From: an uncultured Bacteroidales bacterium
GTDB taxonomy: Bacteria; Bacteroidota; Bacteroidia; Bacteroidales; CAIXZF01
Assembly: GCA_964608665.1 (NCBI GenBank)
Contig: CAZSQJ010000001.1
Span: 44,965 to 108,964 of the forward strand
Direction: 5' to 3'
Length of the DNA: 64,000 nt
Under the pieces are notes generated by a model that saw only the letters and a list, made by a program, of their open reading frames with translations, did no database searches and was not told where the DNA came from. The stretch's first letter is position 1. Each line of letters begins with the position of its first letter. This document shows positions 55,436 to 64,000 of the stretch, one piece after another. A program made the translations under genes and the position numbers.

Positions 55436-56656
55436 ATGCTGGAGGGTAAAAAAATAATCCTGGGCATTACGGGCAGCATCGCTGCCTACAAGGCTGCCAC
55501 CCTGGTCAGGCTCCTGATCAGGAAAGGAGCCGTAGTGCAGGTCGTGATGACCGATGCCGCAAAAGACTTCATTACGCCGTTAACCCTTTCAACACTGTCC
55601 CAACGACCCGTGCTTACGGAACCTTTTCTTCCGGTCAGCGGGCAATGGCACAGCCATATCGAATGGGCGACCTGGGCAGATGCCATCCTGATGGCTCCGC
55701 TCACAGCGAATACCATGGCAAAAATGGCCAACGGCCAGGCCGATAATCTGCTGATAGCCATTTACCTTGCCGCACGCTCCCCGGTTTTTTTCGCCCCTGT
55801 GATGGATGTGGACATGTTTGAACACCCTGCAACCCAACGGAATATCCAAACCCTGGTATCCTATGGCAATATCCTTATCCCTCCGGATGAAGGAGAACTG
55901 GCCAGCGGACTGAGCGGCAAAGGCAGAATGAAGGAACCCGGAGAGATCATCGACCTGCTGGAAACCTTCTTCAAAAAAAAAAACAGGTTCTGCGGGAAAA
56001 AAGTCCTGATCACCGCAGGCCCGACCTGTGAACGAATTGATCCGGTGCGCTTTATCGGTAACTTTTCCAGTGGAAAAATGGGCTTTGCCCTGGCAAATGC
56101 TTTCGCATGCCAGGGTGCGGAAGTGACACTTGTTACCGGCCCGGTATCATTGAACACCCCCCATGGAAGCATCCGTCGGGTGGATGTTACCAGTGCAAGT
56201 GAAATGTATGACACCTGTATGCGGGTATTTCCCGATTCCGATATCTGTATCATGTCTGCCGCCGTTGCGGATTACCGGCCACTCAGCACGGCAAAACAAA
56301 AGATCAAAAGGACAGACAAAACCCTTATGCTGGAACTGACTCCCAATCCTGATATCCTGAAAGCGATGGGGGAGATAAAGACTGAAAAGCAGCTGCTTAC
56401 AGGCTTCGCCCTCGAAACTCAAAATGCAAAGACGGAAGCCCTGAAAAAACTCCGAAATAAAAAACTTGACCTGATCGTTGTTAACTCCCTGACAGATGCC
56501 GGGGCAGGCTTCGGATTTGATACCAATAAAGTAACGCTGATCGACAAGGAAGAAAATACCACGGAATTTGCACTGATGTCAAAAGAAGCCCTGGCCGGCC
56601 TGCTGACCGGAAAGATTTATGATTATATGCTTAATAAACAAAACCATGCGATATAG
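55436..56656 (+). CDS. coaBC: Bifunctional phosphopantothenoylcysteine decarboxylase / phosphopantothenate-cysteine ligase
   Basis: 406 aa. Flavoprotein N-terminal domain (ILGITGSIAAYKA, PLTANTMAKMANGQADNLL) and DFP C-terminal domain (ITAGPTCERIDPVRFIGNFSSGKMG). Confidence 0.95.
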   Translation: MLEGKKIILGITGSIAAYKAATLVRLLIRKGAVVQVVMTDAAKDFITPLTLSTLSQRPVLTEPFLPVSGQWHSHIEWATWADAILMAPLTANTMAKMANGQADNLLIAIYLAARSPVFFAPVMDVDMFEHPATQRNIQTLVSYGNILIPPDEGELASGLSGKGRMKEPGEIIDLLETFFKKKNRFCGKKVLITAGPTCERIDPVRFIGNFSSGKMGFALANAFACQGAEVTLVTGPVSLNTPHGSIRRVDVTSASEMYDTCMRVFPDSDICIMSAAVADYRPLSTAKQKIKRTDKTLMLELTPNPDILKAMGEIKTEKQLLTGFALETQNAKTEALKKLRNKKLDLIVVNSLTDAGAGFGFDTNKVTLIDKEENTTEFALMSKEALAGLLTGKIYDYMLNKQNHAI

Positions 56657-57545
56657 CCTTTTCTTGATGTGCATGCTCCTGTTCCCTTTTACCATGAAAG
56701 CCCAGGAGTTCATCTGCCAGGTTTCCGTCTCAAGCCCGCAGGTGCAGGGAACAGACCGGACAGTTTACCAGGAAATGCAGACTGCCCTCTATGAACTTGT
56801 GAACAGTAAAAAATGGACACCCTACAATTTCAGACATGAAGAAAAACTGGAATGTAAACTTCAGATAACCATCAGCGACCGCATCTCAAATGATGAATTC
56901 AAGGGAACCATGTCTATTCAGCTTGGCAGACCTGTGTACCGGACCTCCTATGTTTCACCCGTTCTGAACTATATGGACAGGAACATCCAGTTCCGTTATC
57001 TGGAAGGTCAAAACCTGGAATACGCCGATAACCAGTTCACTTCCAACCTTACTTCCCTGATCGCCTTTTACGTTTATATGTTTCTCGGGATGGACTTCGA
57101 CACCTACAGCCTTTATGGCGGAAGTCAGTTCTTTCAGAAAGCCCAGTCGGTGGTCAATGTTTCGCAAAATACCCCGGAAGCAGGATGGAAAGCCTTTGAA
57201 AGTATGAAAAACAGATACTGGCTCATTGAAAACATGCTGAATTCATCCTACAGCGGCATAAGGGAAGCCATGTACAGGTATCACCGGCTCGGACTCGACG
57301 TGATGACCGAAAATATGGATATCGGAAGAGCTGCCATTATGGAAAGTATCGAATTACTCCGCAAAGTCAACCGCGAAAAGCCAAACCTCTTTCTTTTACA
57401 ACTGATCCTCGAAGCCAAGGCGGATGAACTTGTGAATATCTTTTCCCAGGCATCCCCAATGGATAAAACCAAAGCAGTCAATACGTTAAAAGAGATTGAC
57501 CCGGCCAATGCCTCCAAGTACCAGAAGATCATGCAGTCGAACTGA
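56646..57545 (+). CDS. DUF4835-family secreted protein
   Basis: Start at ATG 56646 (signal MRYSLFLMCMLLFPFTMKAQ). Conserved Bacteroidota position between coaBC and recN. Confidence 0.65.
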   Translation: MRYSLFLMCMLLFPFTMKAQEFICQVSVSSPQVQGTDRTVYQEMQTALYELVNSKKWTPYNFRHEEKLECKLQITISDRISNDEFKGTMSIQLGRPVYRTSYVSPVLNYMDRNIQFRYLEGQNLEYADNQFTSNLTSLIAFYVYMFLGMDFDTYSLYGGSQFFQKAQSVVNVSQNTPEAGWKAFESMKNRYWLIENMLNSSYSGIREAMYRYHRLGLDVMTENMDIGRAAIMESIELLRKVNREKPNLFLLQLILEAKADELVNIFSQASPMDKTKAVNTLKEIDPANASKYQKIMQSN

Positions 57546-57566
57546 TACGCTCAGGCTTTTCTGCCG

Positions 57567-57574
57567 TATCTTTG
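57567..57574 (+). promoter_or_regulatory. -7 box TATCTTTG for recN
   Basis: Exact TAnnTTTG, 20 nt upstream of ATG 57594. Confidence 0.5.
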
Positions 57575-57593
57575 AAACAGATTGTTGGTTTTC

Positions 57594-59252
57594 ATGCTCC
57601 TCTCCCTGCACATCGAGAATTATGCCCTGATCCGGAAACTCGACATCCCGTTTGAAGCCGGATTGTCTGTGATCACCGGAGAAACCGGAGCCGGAAAGTC
57701 CATTATCCTCGGAGCCCTGAACCTGATCCTCGGCAACAGGGCAGACTCCTCCATTCTGCCGTCAGGAGAATCCAAATGCCTGATAGAAGGATTCTTCCGG
57801 ATTAATACTCCTGCTTTCCTTAACCTGCTGGAGGAATATGACATCACACCCGATGATATCACCATTATCCGAAGGGAAGTTTTCTCTACCGGCAAATCAA
57901 GGGCTTTTGTCAATGATACTCCTGTGAACCTGTCCCTGCTTAAAACACTCGGCGACCTGCTTATCGATGTTCATTCCCAATACGATACCCTGCTGCTGAG
58001 GGACGCCGATTACCAGATGGAAGTGCTCGACCAGTTCGCAGGAAATGCATCCCTGCTCGAAACATACCAGAAACAGTTCCTTGCGCTGGGAAAAAACAGG
58101 GAACACCTCGCATTCATCAGGGAAAAAGAACATAAAGCCAAGCAGGAGCAGGAATACCAGCAACATCTTTACAATGAACTCGAACTGGCAGCCCTGGGGG
58201 ATAATGAACAGGAAAACCTTGAAAATGAGTTAAATATCTTGTCCAATGCAGGAGAGATCAAATACAACCTGCTTCAGCTCCTGGAAATCCTCGACCGTGC
58301 AGATAAAACTGTCCTCTCAGATCTGAGCAGTGTACAGCAGCTATTCAGGCGGATTTGCAGCATGCACCCGTCATTACAGGAAAAGGCCGACAGAATAGAC
58401 AGCATCTGTATCGAGATCAAGGAGATTGCCAGAGAACTGGATCATTTCAACGATCAGATCTCGCATGATCCGGGTAGAATGGAATGGGTTCATCAAAGAC
58501 TTGATCTTATCTACCAACTGCAAAAGAAGCACAAAGTAAGTGATATAGAGTCACTTAACAATATTCGCCTGGAATTGAAGGATGAACTCGCATCCCTGTA
58601 TTCCCTTGATCTTGAGATCAGCCAGCTTGAAAAACAAATACATACCGAGAAAACGGAACTTGACAGGCTTGCGAAAAAGCTGTCTGCAAGCCGAAGCCTG
58701 GTTAAAGATGTCGTAGTTGATCAGATGTTACTGATGATCAGACAGATGGGAATGCCTGACGGACGGTTTGAAATTTCCTTCTCCAGTCAACAGGAAGCCG
58801 GCCCGAACGGATGTGACAGGGTACAGTTCCTTTTTTCTGCCAATAAGGGCAACGCTCCCGGAGAAATATCAAAGTCGGCCTCGGGAGGAGAACTTTCAAG
58901 ACTGATGCTTGCCATCAAATCGATGATCGGAAGCCAGCGCCTGCTGCCCACGATGGTCTTCGATGAAATCGACATCGGGATCAGCGGTGAGATCGCCTCG
59001 AGAATCGGTCAGATCCTGGTGAATCTGGCCTCCCGTAAACAACTCATTGTCATCACACACCTTCCCCAGATTGCCGGACGGGCTTCCCATCATTACCTGG
59101 TTTACAAACAAACAGATGAGAATCAAACAAATACCTGTGTGAGGCTGCTGAGTGAAGCGGAAAGGGTCCGCGAGATCGCACAGATGATCAGCGGGGATTC
59201 CTTTTCGGAAAAAACACTGGATACCGCAAGAGAGTTGATGAGAAACAATTGA
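57594..59252 (+). CDS. recN: DNA repair protein RecN
   Basis: About 552 aa. MLLSLHIENYALI, Walker A GETGAGKS, long coiled-coil, signature SGGELSRLMLAIK and Walker B MVFDEID. Confidence 0.95.
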   Translation: MLLSLHIENYALIRKLDIPFEAGLSVITGETGAGKSIILGALNLILGNRADSSILPSGESKCLIEGFFRINTPAFLNLLEEYDITPDDITIIRREVFSTGKSRAFVNDTPVNLSLLKTLGDLLIDVHSQYDTLLLRDADYQMEVLDQFAGNASLLETYQKQFLALGKNREHLAFIREKEHKAKQEQEYQQHLYNELELAALGDNEQENLENELNILSNAGEIKYNLLQLLEILDRADKTVLSDLSSVQQLFRRICSMHPSLQEKADRIDSICIEIKEIARELDHFNDQISHDPGRMEWVHQRLDLIYQLQKKHKVSDIESLNNIRLELKDELASLYSLDLEISQLEKQIHTEKTELDRLAKKLSASRSLVKDVVVDQMLLMIRQMGMPDGRFEISFSSQQEAGPNGCDRVQFLFSANKGNAPGEISKSASGGELSRLMLAIKSMIGSQRLLPTMVFDEIDIGISGEIASRIGQILVNLASRKQLIVITHLPQIAGRASHHYLVYKQTDENQTNTCVRLLSEAERVREIAQMISGDSFSEKTLDTARELMRNN

Positions 59253-59434
59253 TAAGCATCCTTGTTTTATTCTTATGTTAAAACCTTCGGCAAGCCCATC
59301 TTATTGAAGCTCCGCACTGCAAATCAACAAGGCGTCCGGAACTTCCCGGGTTTCCACCCCGCGATTGCATCCGGTCTTTAAGCGGAATATTCGACCATTA
59401 AGCATAGCTGATAAATATTAAAAAACTGATTATC

Positions 59435-60277
59435 ATGGCGTTTGGACTGTTACAAGGAAAAAAGGGAATCATCTTCGGAGCATTGAATGAACATTCCATT
59501 GCATGGAAGGTGGCGGAAAAAGTGCATGCCGAAGGAGGCAGCCTTACCCTGTCGAACACACCGCTGGCTTTAAGAATGGGTAATCTAGAATCCCTGGCAC
59601 AACGTCTTGAAACCATCATTATCCCCGCTGACGCAACCAGTATGGAAGATCTGAATCAAGTCTTCCTGAAATCGATGGAATTTCACGGGGGAAAAATCGA
59701 CTTCCTGTTGCATTCCATCGGCATGTCGCCTAATGTGCGCAAGAAGTTGCCCTATGATAACCTGGACTACGAATATCTGAAGCAAACCATTGATATATCA
59801 GCCATTTCCTTCCATAAGATGCTGCAAATGGCCCGGAAACTGGATGCCATCAATGAATGGGGCTCCGTGGTGGCCCTGACATATATCGCTGCCCAGAGAA
59901 CCCTTTACGGATATAACGACATGGCCGACGCCAAAGCGATGCTCGAAAGCATTGCAAGAAGCTTTGGTTATATCTACGGACGGGACAAAAAAATAAGGAT
60001 CAACACAGTGTCACAATCGCCCACACTTACAACGGCCGGAAGTGGTGTGAAAGGCATGGAAAACCTGATGGATTTTACCGAACGCATGTCACCGCTTGGA
60101 AATGCATCCGCATCCGAATGTGCAGATTATGTCATCAGCCTGTTTTCAGACCTGACCCGCAAGGTAACAATGCAGAACCTCTACCACGACGGCGGATTCT
60201 CAAGCATGGGAATGAGTTACAAAGCGATGTACGTTTACAATAAAAGCCTCGAGGGTTGCGAAGATTGCGATGACTGA
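59435..60277 (+). CDS. fabI: Enoyl-[acyl-carrier-protein] reductase (NADH) FabI
   Basis: 280 aa. LLQGKKGIIFGALNEHSIAWKVAEK N-terminus and an SDR fold with the HSIGMSP and YxxMxxAK pattern. Confidence 0.92.
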   Translation: MAFGLLQGKKGIIFGALNEHSIAWKVAEKVHAEGGSLTLSNTPLALRMGNLESLAQRLETIIIPADATSMEDLNQVFLKSMEFHGGKIDFLLHSIGMSPNVRKKLPYDNLDYEYLKQTIDISAISFHKMLQMARKLDAINEWGSVVALTYIAAQRTLYGYNDMADAKAMLESIARSFGYIYGRDKKIRINTVSQSPTLTTAGSGVKGMENLMDFTERMSPLGNASASECADYVISLFSDLTRKVTMQNLYHDGGFSSMGMSYKAMYVYNKSLEGCEDCDD

Positions 60278-60282
60278 CAGTC

Positions 60283-60720
60283 TCAGCCAATTTTTATGGT
60301 ATAACTGAAAGAGGGCGGGGGAGTCTTCGGTTCTTCCGGCTGCGCTTTCTTCTGATTTCCGCTCACAACGTAATTGTACTGAACTCCCTGTGCTGCCGGT
60401 GGCAAGCGGAATTCGATATGGGTCTTCATGGTTGATTTCAAACGAAATCCCCTGTTTTTCACCTTATCATATTTCAGCATCCTGATCAGACGGATGGCTT
60501 CTTCATCACAACCGTAACCAAGACTGCGGGTCACTTCCACACTCAGGATATCTCCATTGTCGCTGACTTCATATTTCAGGTAAACCTTCCCCTGTATCCG
60601 CTTTTTCAGTGCTTCCTCCGGATACCTCATGTGCTTCCTGATGAACTCCACAAAAGCTTCCTTGCCCCCGGGGTAGGTGGGTAAATGAATGAAATCCTTT
60701 TCCTTGCGCTGTTTCTTCAT
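60283..60720 (-). CDS. TonB C-terminal-domain (energy transducer-like) protein
   Basis: Start set at Met34 of the ORF (MKKQRKEKDF, 60720) because a -7 box lies 22 nt upstream. PTYPGGKEAFVEFIRKHMRYPEEALKKRIQGKVYLKYEVSDNGDI is TonB_C-like. Confidence 0.7.
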   Translation of the reverse strand: MKKQRKEKDFIHLPTYPGGKEAFVEFIRKHMRYPEEALKKRIQGKVYLKYEVSDNGDILSVEVTRSLGYGCDEEAIRLIRMLKYDKVKNRGFRLKSTMKTHIEFRLPPAAQGVQYNYVVSGNQKKAQPEEPKTPPPSFSYTIKIG

Positions 60721-60742
60721 GCAAATCTCCTCTTCCAGCCGC

Positions 60743-60750
60743 CAAAGATA
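60743..60750 (-). promoter_or_regulatory. -7 box TATCTTTG for the TonB_C-like gene
   Basis: Reverse complement of caaagata. Lies inside the long-ORF extension, which argues for the internal start. Confidence 0.45.
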
Positions 60751-60928
60751 AGTGATCTTCCCATGCATGCGAACAATGCGGCAGATTTTGCACTGTTGGC
60801 TATCTGTCCAGATTTTCATACTTTTGCCGTTCCCGGACGGAAATCCAAGGCCGGCTCCGACCAGGTTTTGAAAGCAATTTTCTGTTAATCAGTATTTTAT
60901 TAAATAACCTAAAAAACCAGAAATAGAA

Positions 60929-61678
60929 ATGAATATTGCAGTCTGCATGAGTCAGGTGCCTGATACCACCACCAGGGTAAAACTGACCGAAGGGAATAAA
61001 AAAATTGATGAAACAGGGATACAATGGGTGATCAACCCCTGGGATGAGCTTTCACTCACAAGGGCACTCGATCTCAAAGACATCGCTCAGAATGCCATCG
61101 GGAAAGTGACAGTTGCCCATGTCGGGCCGCTGTCTTCAGAGCCAACCATCCGGAAAGCGCTGGCCATCGGGGCAGATGATGCCATACGGGTGGATGCTTC
61201 CCCTTCAGATGCCTATTACGTGGCCCTGCAGCTCGCAGAAGCCATCAGGGACAAAGGATACGACATTATCTTCTGCGGGATTGAATCCAGCGACCACAAT
61301 GGTTCCACAGTCGGGGGCATGTTGGCCGAATTCCTCGGATTACCCTCGGTATCAGCCGTATCTTCCCTCAGGATTGAAGATGGTAAAGCCATGCTCACAA
61401 GGGATATCGATGGTGGGAAGGAAGAAGTTCATGTGCCGTTTCCATTTGTGGCAATCGTTCAGAAAGGTATTGCCAAAGAACCCAGGATCGCCGCCATGAG
61501 AGGGATTATGATGGCCAGAACCAAACCCATTGCCGTCATTCCTCCCGTAAATGCCGAGTCTCTTACCGAAGTGATTGAATATCAGAAACCAGAGCCAAGA
61601 GCCGCCTGTAAGTTTGTGGATCCGGAAAATCCAAAACAACTCATAGAATTGTTGCAGAATGAAGCCAAAGTATTTTAA
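60929..61678 (+). CDS. etfB: Electron transfer flavoprotein beta subunit
   Basis: 249 aa. MNIAVCMSQVPDTTTRVK, INPWDELSLTRAL and FCGIESSDHNGSTVG blocks typical of EtfB. Confidence 0.93.
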   Translation: MNIAVCMSQVPDTTTRVKLTEGNKKIDETGIQWVINPWDELSLTRALDLKDIAQNAIGKVTVAHVGPLSSEPTIRKALAIGADDAIRVDASPSDAYYVALQLAEAIRDKGYDIIFCGIESSDHNGSTVGGMLAEFLGLPSVSAVSSLRIEDGKAMLTRDIDGGKEEVHVPFPFVAIVQKGIAKEPRIAAMRGIMMARTKPIAVIPPVNAESLTEVIEYQKPEPRAACKFVDPENPKQLIELLQNEAKVF

Positions 61679-61699
61679 TTAAAATTAAAAGAATCCTAT

Positions 61700-62671
61700 A
61701 TGTCAGTATTGGTATTTGTCGAAAACTGGGAAGGCAAGTTCAAGAAGCTCAGCTTTGAGCTCGTTTCATACGGAAACAAGCTTGCTGAAATGCTGCAAAC
61801 CCGGACAGTGGCCGTTTCTATCGGTTCGGTCGAAAGGGAGGAACTGAGCAAACTGAGTGCCTATGGTGCTGATAAAATCCTTGATATCAACAAGGATGTT
61901 TTAAAAATTCTGGACAGTCAGGCTTATGCTTCGGTACTTCATGAAGTCGCAATGGCAGAAAATGCCGTGGCAGTGGTGATCTCCAACAACAACACCGGAA
62001 AAGCAGTGGCTCCCAGGCTTGCAGTCAGACTGAAAGCCGGACTGGGTGCTGGTGTTTCGCGTCTTCCGCTGAGTACAGAACCTTTTGTGGTTTATAAACG
62101 GGCATATTCGGGCAATGCCTTTGCCCATCTGAAAATATTGTCACCGGTCAGGGTACTGACACTTGCACAGAATTCATTCGGACTGGCAGAAGCAGCCAAA
62201 ACCGTTGTTATTGAGGATTTCCAGCTTACAGGGCCGGAAGCACCCGTAAAAACTGAGGTACTCGGTGTTACGAGATCCAGCGGGAAAATCCTTCTGACCG
62301 ACGCTGATATCGTGGTTTCAGGAGGCCGGGGAATGAAAGCGGCGGACAACTGGGCACCCCTTGAAGAAATGGCACAACTGCTCGGTGCTGCCACAGCCTG
62401 TTCCAGACCGGTTTCGGACGAAGGCTGGCGCTCACATGATGAGCATACCGGTCAGACCGGCAAGATCATTGCTCCCAATCTTTATATTGCCGTGGGAATC
62501 AGCGGTGCCACACAGCACCTGGCCGGCGTGAGTTCAAGTAAATACATTGTGGCCATTAACACCGACAAGGATGCCCCCATTTTCGAAGCAGCCCAGTACG
62601 GCATCATCGGCGACGCACAAAAAATTCTTCCTAAACTCGTTGAAGCCATCCGCGAGGCAAAGGCTAAGTAA
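61700..62671 (+). CDS. etfA: Electron transfer flavoprotein alpha subunit
   Basis: 323 aa. FAD-binding C-terminal blocks VVSGGRGMK, QTGKIIAPNLYIAVGISGATQHLAG and IVAINTDKDAPIF. Confidence 0.93.
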   Translation: MSVLVFVENWEGKFKKLSFELVSYGNKLAEMLQTRTVAVSIGSVEREELSKLSAYGADKILDINKDVLKILDSQAYASVLHEVAMAENAVAVVISNNNTGKAVAPRLAVRLKAGLGAGVSRLPLSTEPFVVYKRAYSGNAFAHLKILSPVRVLTLAQNSFGLAEAAKTVVIEDFQLTGPEAPVKTEVLGVTRSSGKILLTDADIVVSGGRGMKAADNWAPLEEMAQLLGAATACSRPVSDEGWRSHDEHTGQTGKIIAPNLYIAVGISGATQHLAGVSSSKYIVAINTDKDAPIFEAAQYGIIGDAQKILPKLVEAIREAKAK

Positions 62672-62704
62672 TTACCGCTTCACAAATTCATCCCGGCTTT
62701 CCCC

Positions 62705-64000
62705 ATGTCAAAACAACTGGCTTTCGCGCTGATCCTGCTGTTGTCCATGATACCTCTCGTACTCACCACTGTAAGGCTGGCACGCTGCTTCAGTCTGACA
62801 CAGGGAAGTTACCGGATCAGCAGGCATGCCCGCCGCCTTTGGATTACACTCAATGTTGCCATAGCACAGAGCAGAATTTTCAGGCGACCCGTAACTGGAC
62901 TGTTTCACGCACTGGTTTTCTGGGGTTTCTGTGTCATCCTTTTTGGCACGGTTGAAATGACCATCGACGGCCTCAGCGGAAGGGAAACCTCACTGTCGGG
63001 ACTGGGTTTTGTCCGGACGCTTTTCATCGCCTCCGCCGATGTCTTTGCCGTACTGGTGAGCATCGCCATTGTCTTTTTCCTGATCAGAAGGCTTTTCCGC
63101 AGCATCAGCAGGTTCGAGGGGATTGAAATGAAACACCGCTCCCACCTCGATGCCAATATCGCCCTGGGATTGATCCTGCTGCTGATGATCAGTCTCAGCG
63201 GGATGAATATCTTCCATGTGTTACTGCAGGGTGATGAAGGAAAGTCGGCCATGCTTGCGCTTTACCCATTCAGTGCCAGGCTGGTGATCGAAGCCGGCCT
63301 GCAGGGTGCAGGATTACATGCATGGTACGAATGCTTCTGGTGGTCACACATCCTGCTGATCCTTCTGTTTGCCAATATCTTGCCGTATTCCAAGCATTTC
63401 CACGTGTTCATGTCCGTGCCGAATGTATACCTGTCGCGCCTTGAACCACTCGGAAAACTTACCCATATGGACAGTATCACCAGGGAGGTGAATCTGATGC
63501 TGAATCCTGAATCAGTGGAAAACCAGGAGGTTACTGCTCCACTGAGATTCGGGGTTAAGGATGTGGAAGACATCAGCTGGAAAAACTATCTGGATGCTTT
63601 GGCCTGCACGGAATGCGGAAGATGTACCTCCGTCTGTCCGGCCAACATCACAGGAAAAATGTTGTCCCCACGGAAAATCATCATGGATGTCAGGGCCCGG
63701 ATGAAAGAAAGAATGCCCGGACTGCTCACCGGCAGGGCGAAAGCGGCTGGTGATCATTTCCTGTTGAGAAACTTCATCACCGAAGAAGAACTCTGGGCAT
63801 GTACTACCTGCAATGCATGTGCACGGGAATGCCCGGTGAATATCAACCATCCCACGCTCATTGTAGACATGCGCCGCTACCTGGTTCTGGAAGAAGGCGC
63901 TGCTCCCGGTGGCGTCAAAGCCATGTTCAACTGTATAGAAAACAATGGTGCACCATGGCAGTTCTCAAGTGAAGACAGGATGCTGTGGGCCAGGGGACTG
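62705..64000 (+). CDS. Membrane-bound Fe-S oxidoreductase (NarI/DsrM-like membrane domain plus two ferredoxin-type 4Fe-4S motifs), 3'-truncated by the window end
   Basis: Not in the supplied ORF track because no stop lies within the window. My own translation from ATG 62705 is open for 432 codons: MSKQLAFALILLLSMIPLVL..., several TM helices, then CTECGRCTSVCP (63605-63640) and CTTCNACARECP (63800-63835). Confidence 0.8.
   Translation, partial: MSKQLAFALILLLSMIPLVLTTVRLARCFSLTQGSYRISRHARRLWITLNVAIAQSRIFRRPVTGLFHALVFWGFCVILFGTVEMTIDGLSGRETSLSGLGFVRTLFIASADVFAVLVSIAIVFFLIRRLFRSISRFEGIEMKHRSHLDANIALGLILLLMISLSGMNIFHVLLQGDEGKSAMLALYPFSARLVIEAGLQGAGLHAWYECFWWSHILLILLFANILPYSKHFHVFMSVPNVYLSRLEPLGKLTHMDSITREVNLMLNPESVENQEVTAPLRFGVKDVEDISWKNYLDALACTECGRCTSVCPANITGKMLSPRKIIMDVRARMKERMPGLLTGRAKAAGDHFLLRNFITEEELWACTTCNACARECPVNINHPTLIVDMRRYLVLEEGAAPGGVKAMFNCIENNGAPWQFSSEDRMLWARGL

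Noticed and set aside
1-64000. CRISPR arrays, tRNA/rRNA genes, transposases, integrases, phage genes, toxin-antitoxin or known defence-system genes.
   Set aside because: I found no direct-repeat/spacer periodicity, no cloverleaf-like T-arm/acceptor pattern and no recognisable mobile-element or defence protein motif in any ORF. The window reads as core chromosome.

Overview
This 64-kb window looks like a core chromosomal segment of a Bacteroidota genome. The taxon call rests on three things: five ORFs with T9SS C-terminal sorting domains, TAnnTTTG -7 promoter boxes upstream of many starts, and the bamD-rpoZ-coaBC-DUF4835-recN gene order. It is densely coding on both strands, with about 48 CDS that are mostly housekeeping. 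These include sucC, gcvT, relA, lon, serA/serC, dapA, coaBC, recN, fabI, etfBA and rpmE2, plus a cluster of secreted peptidases and a large alpha-2-macroglobulin/PBP1C operon. I found no rRNA, tRNA, CRISPR array, transposase, integrase or recognisable defence island. The main unexplained feature is a 593-bp ORF-free gap between pbpC and relA. It carries its own promoter box, about 340 nt of GC-rich sequence studded with GNRA hairpins, and its own terminator. That is a stand-alone structured RNA of about 400 nt. It shares short blocks with RNase P RNA, but I cannot fold it into a canonical RNase P. Secondary observations: (1) a repeated sequence module shared by two unrelated intergenic regions, one of them just upstream of a 62-aa wHTH gene; (2) an internally duplicated unknown protein translationally coupled to a RelA with a degenerate hydrolase motif; (3) tandem M14 carboxypeptidase paralogs with different C-terminal sorting modules; (4) a T9SS-tagged agmatine-deiminase/PPAD-family enzyme; (5) etfBA followed by a membrane Fe-S oxidoreductase that runs off the window end. 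All functional calls come from motif and family recognition by eye. No database search was run.
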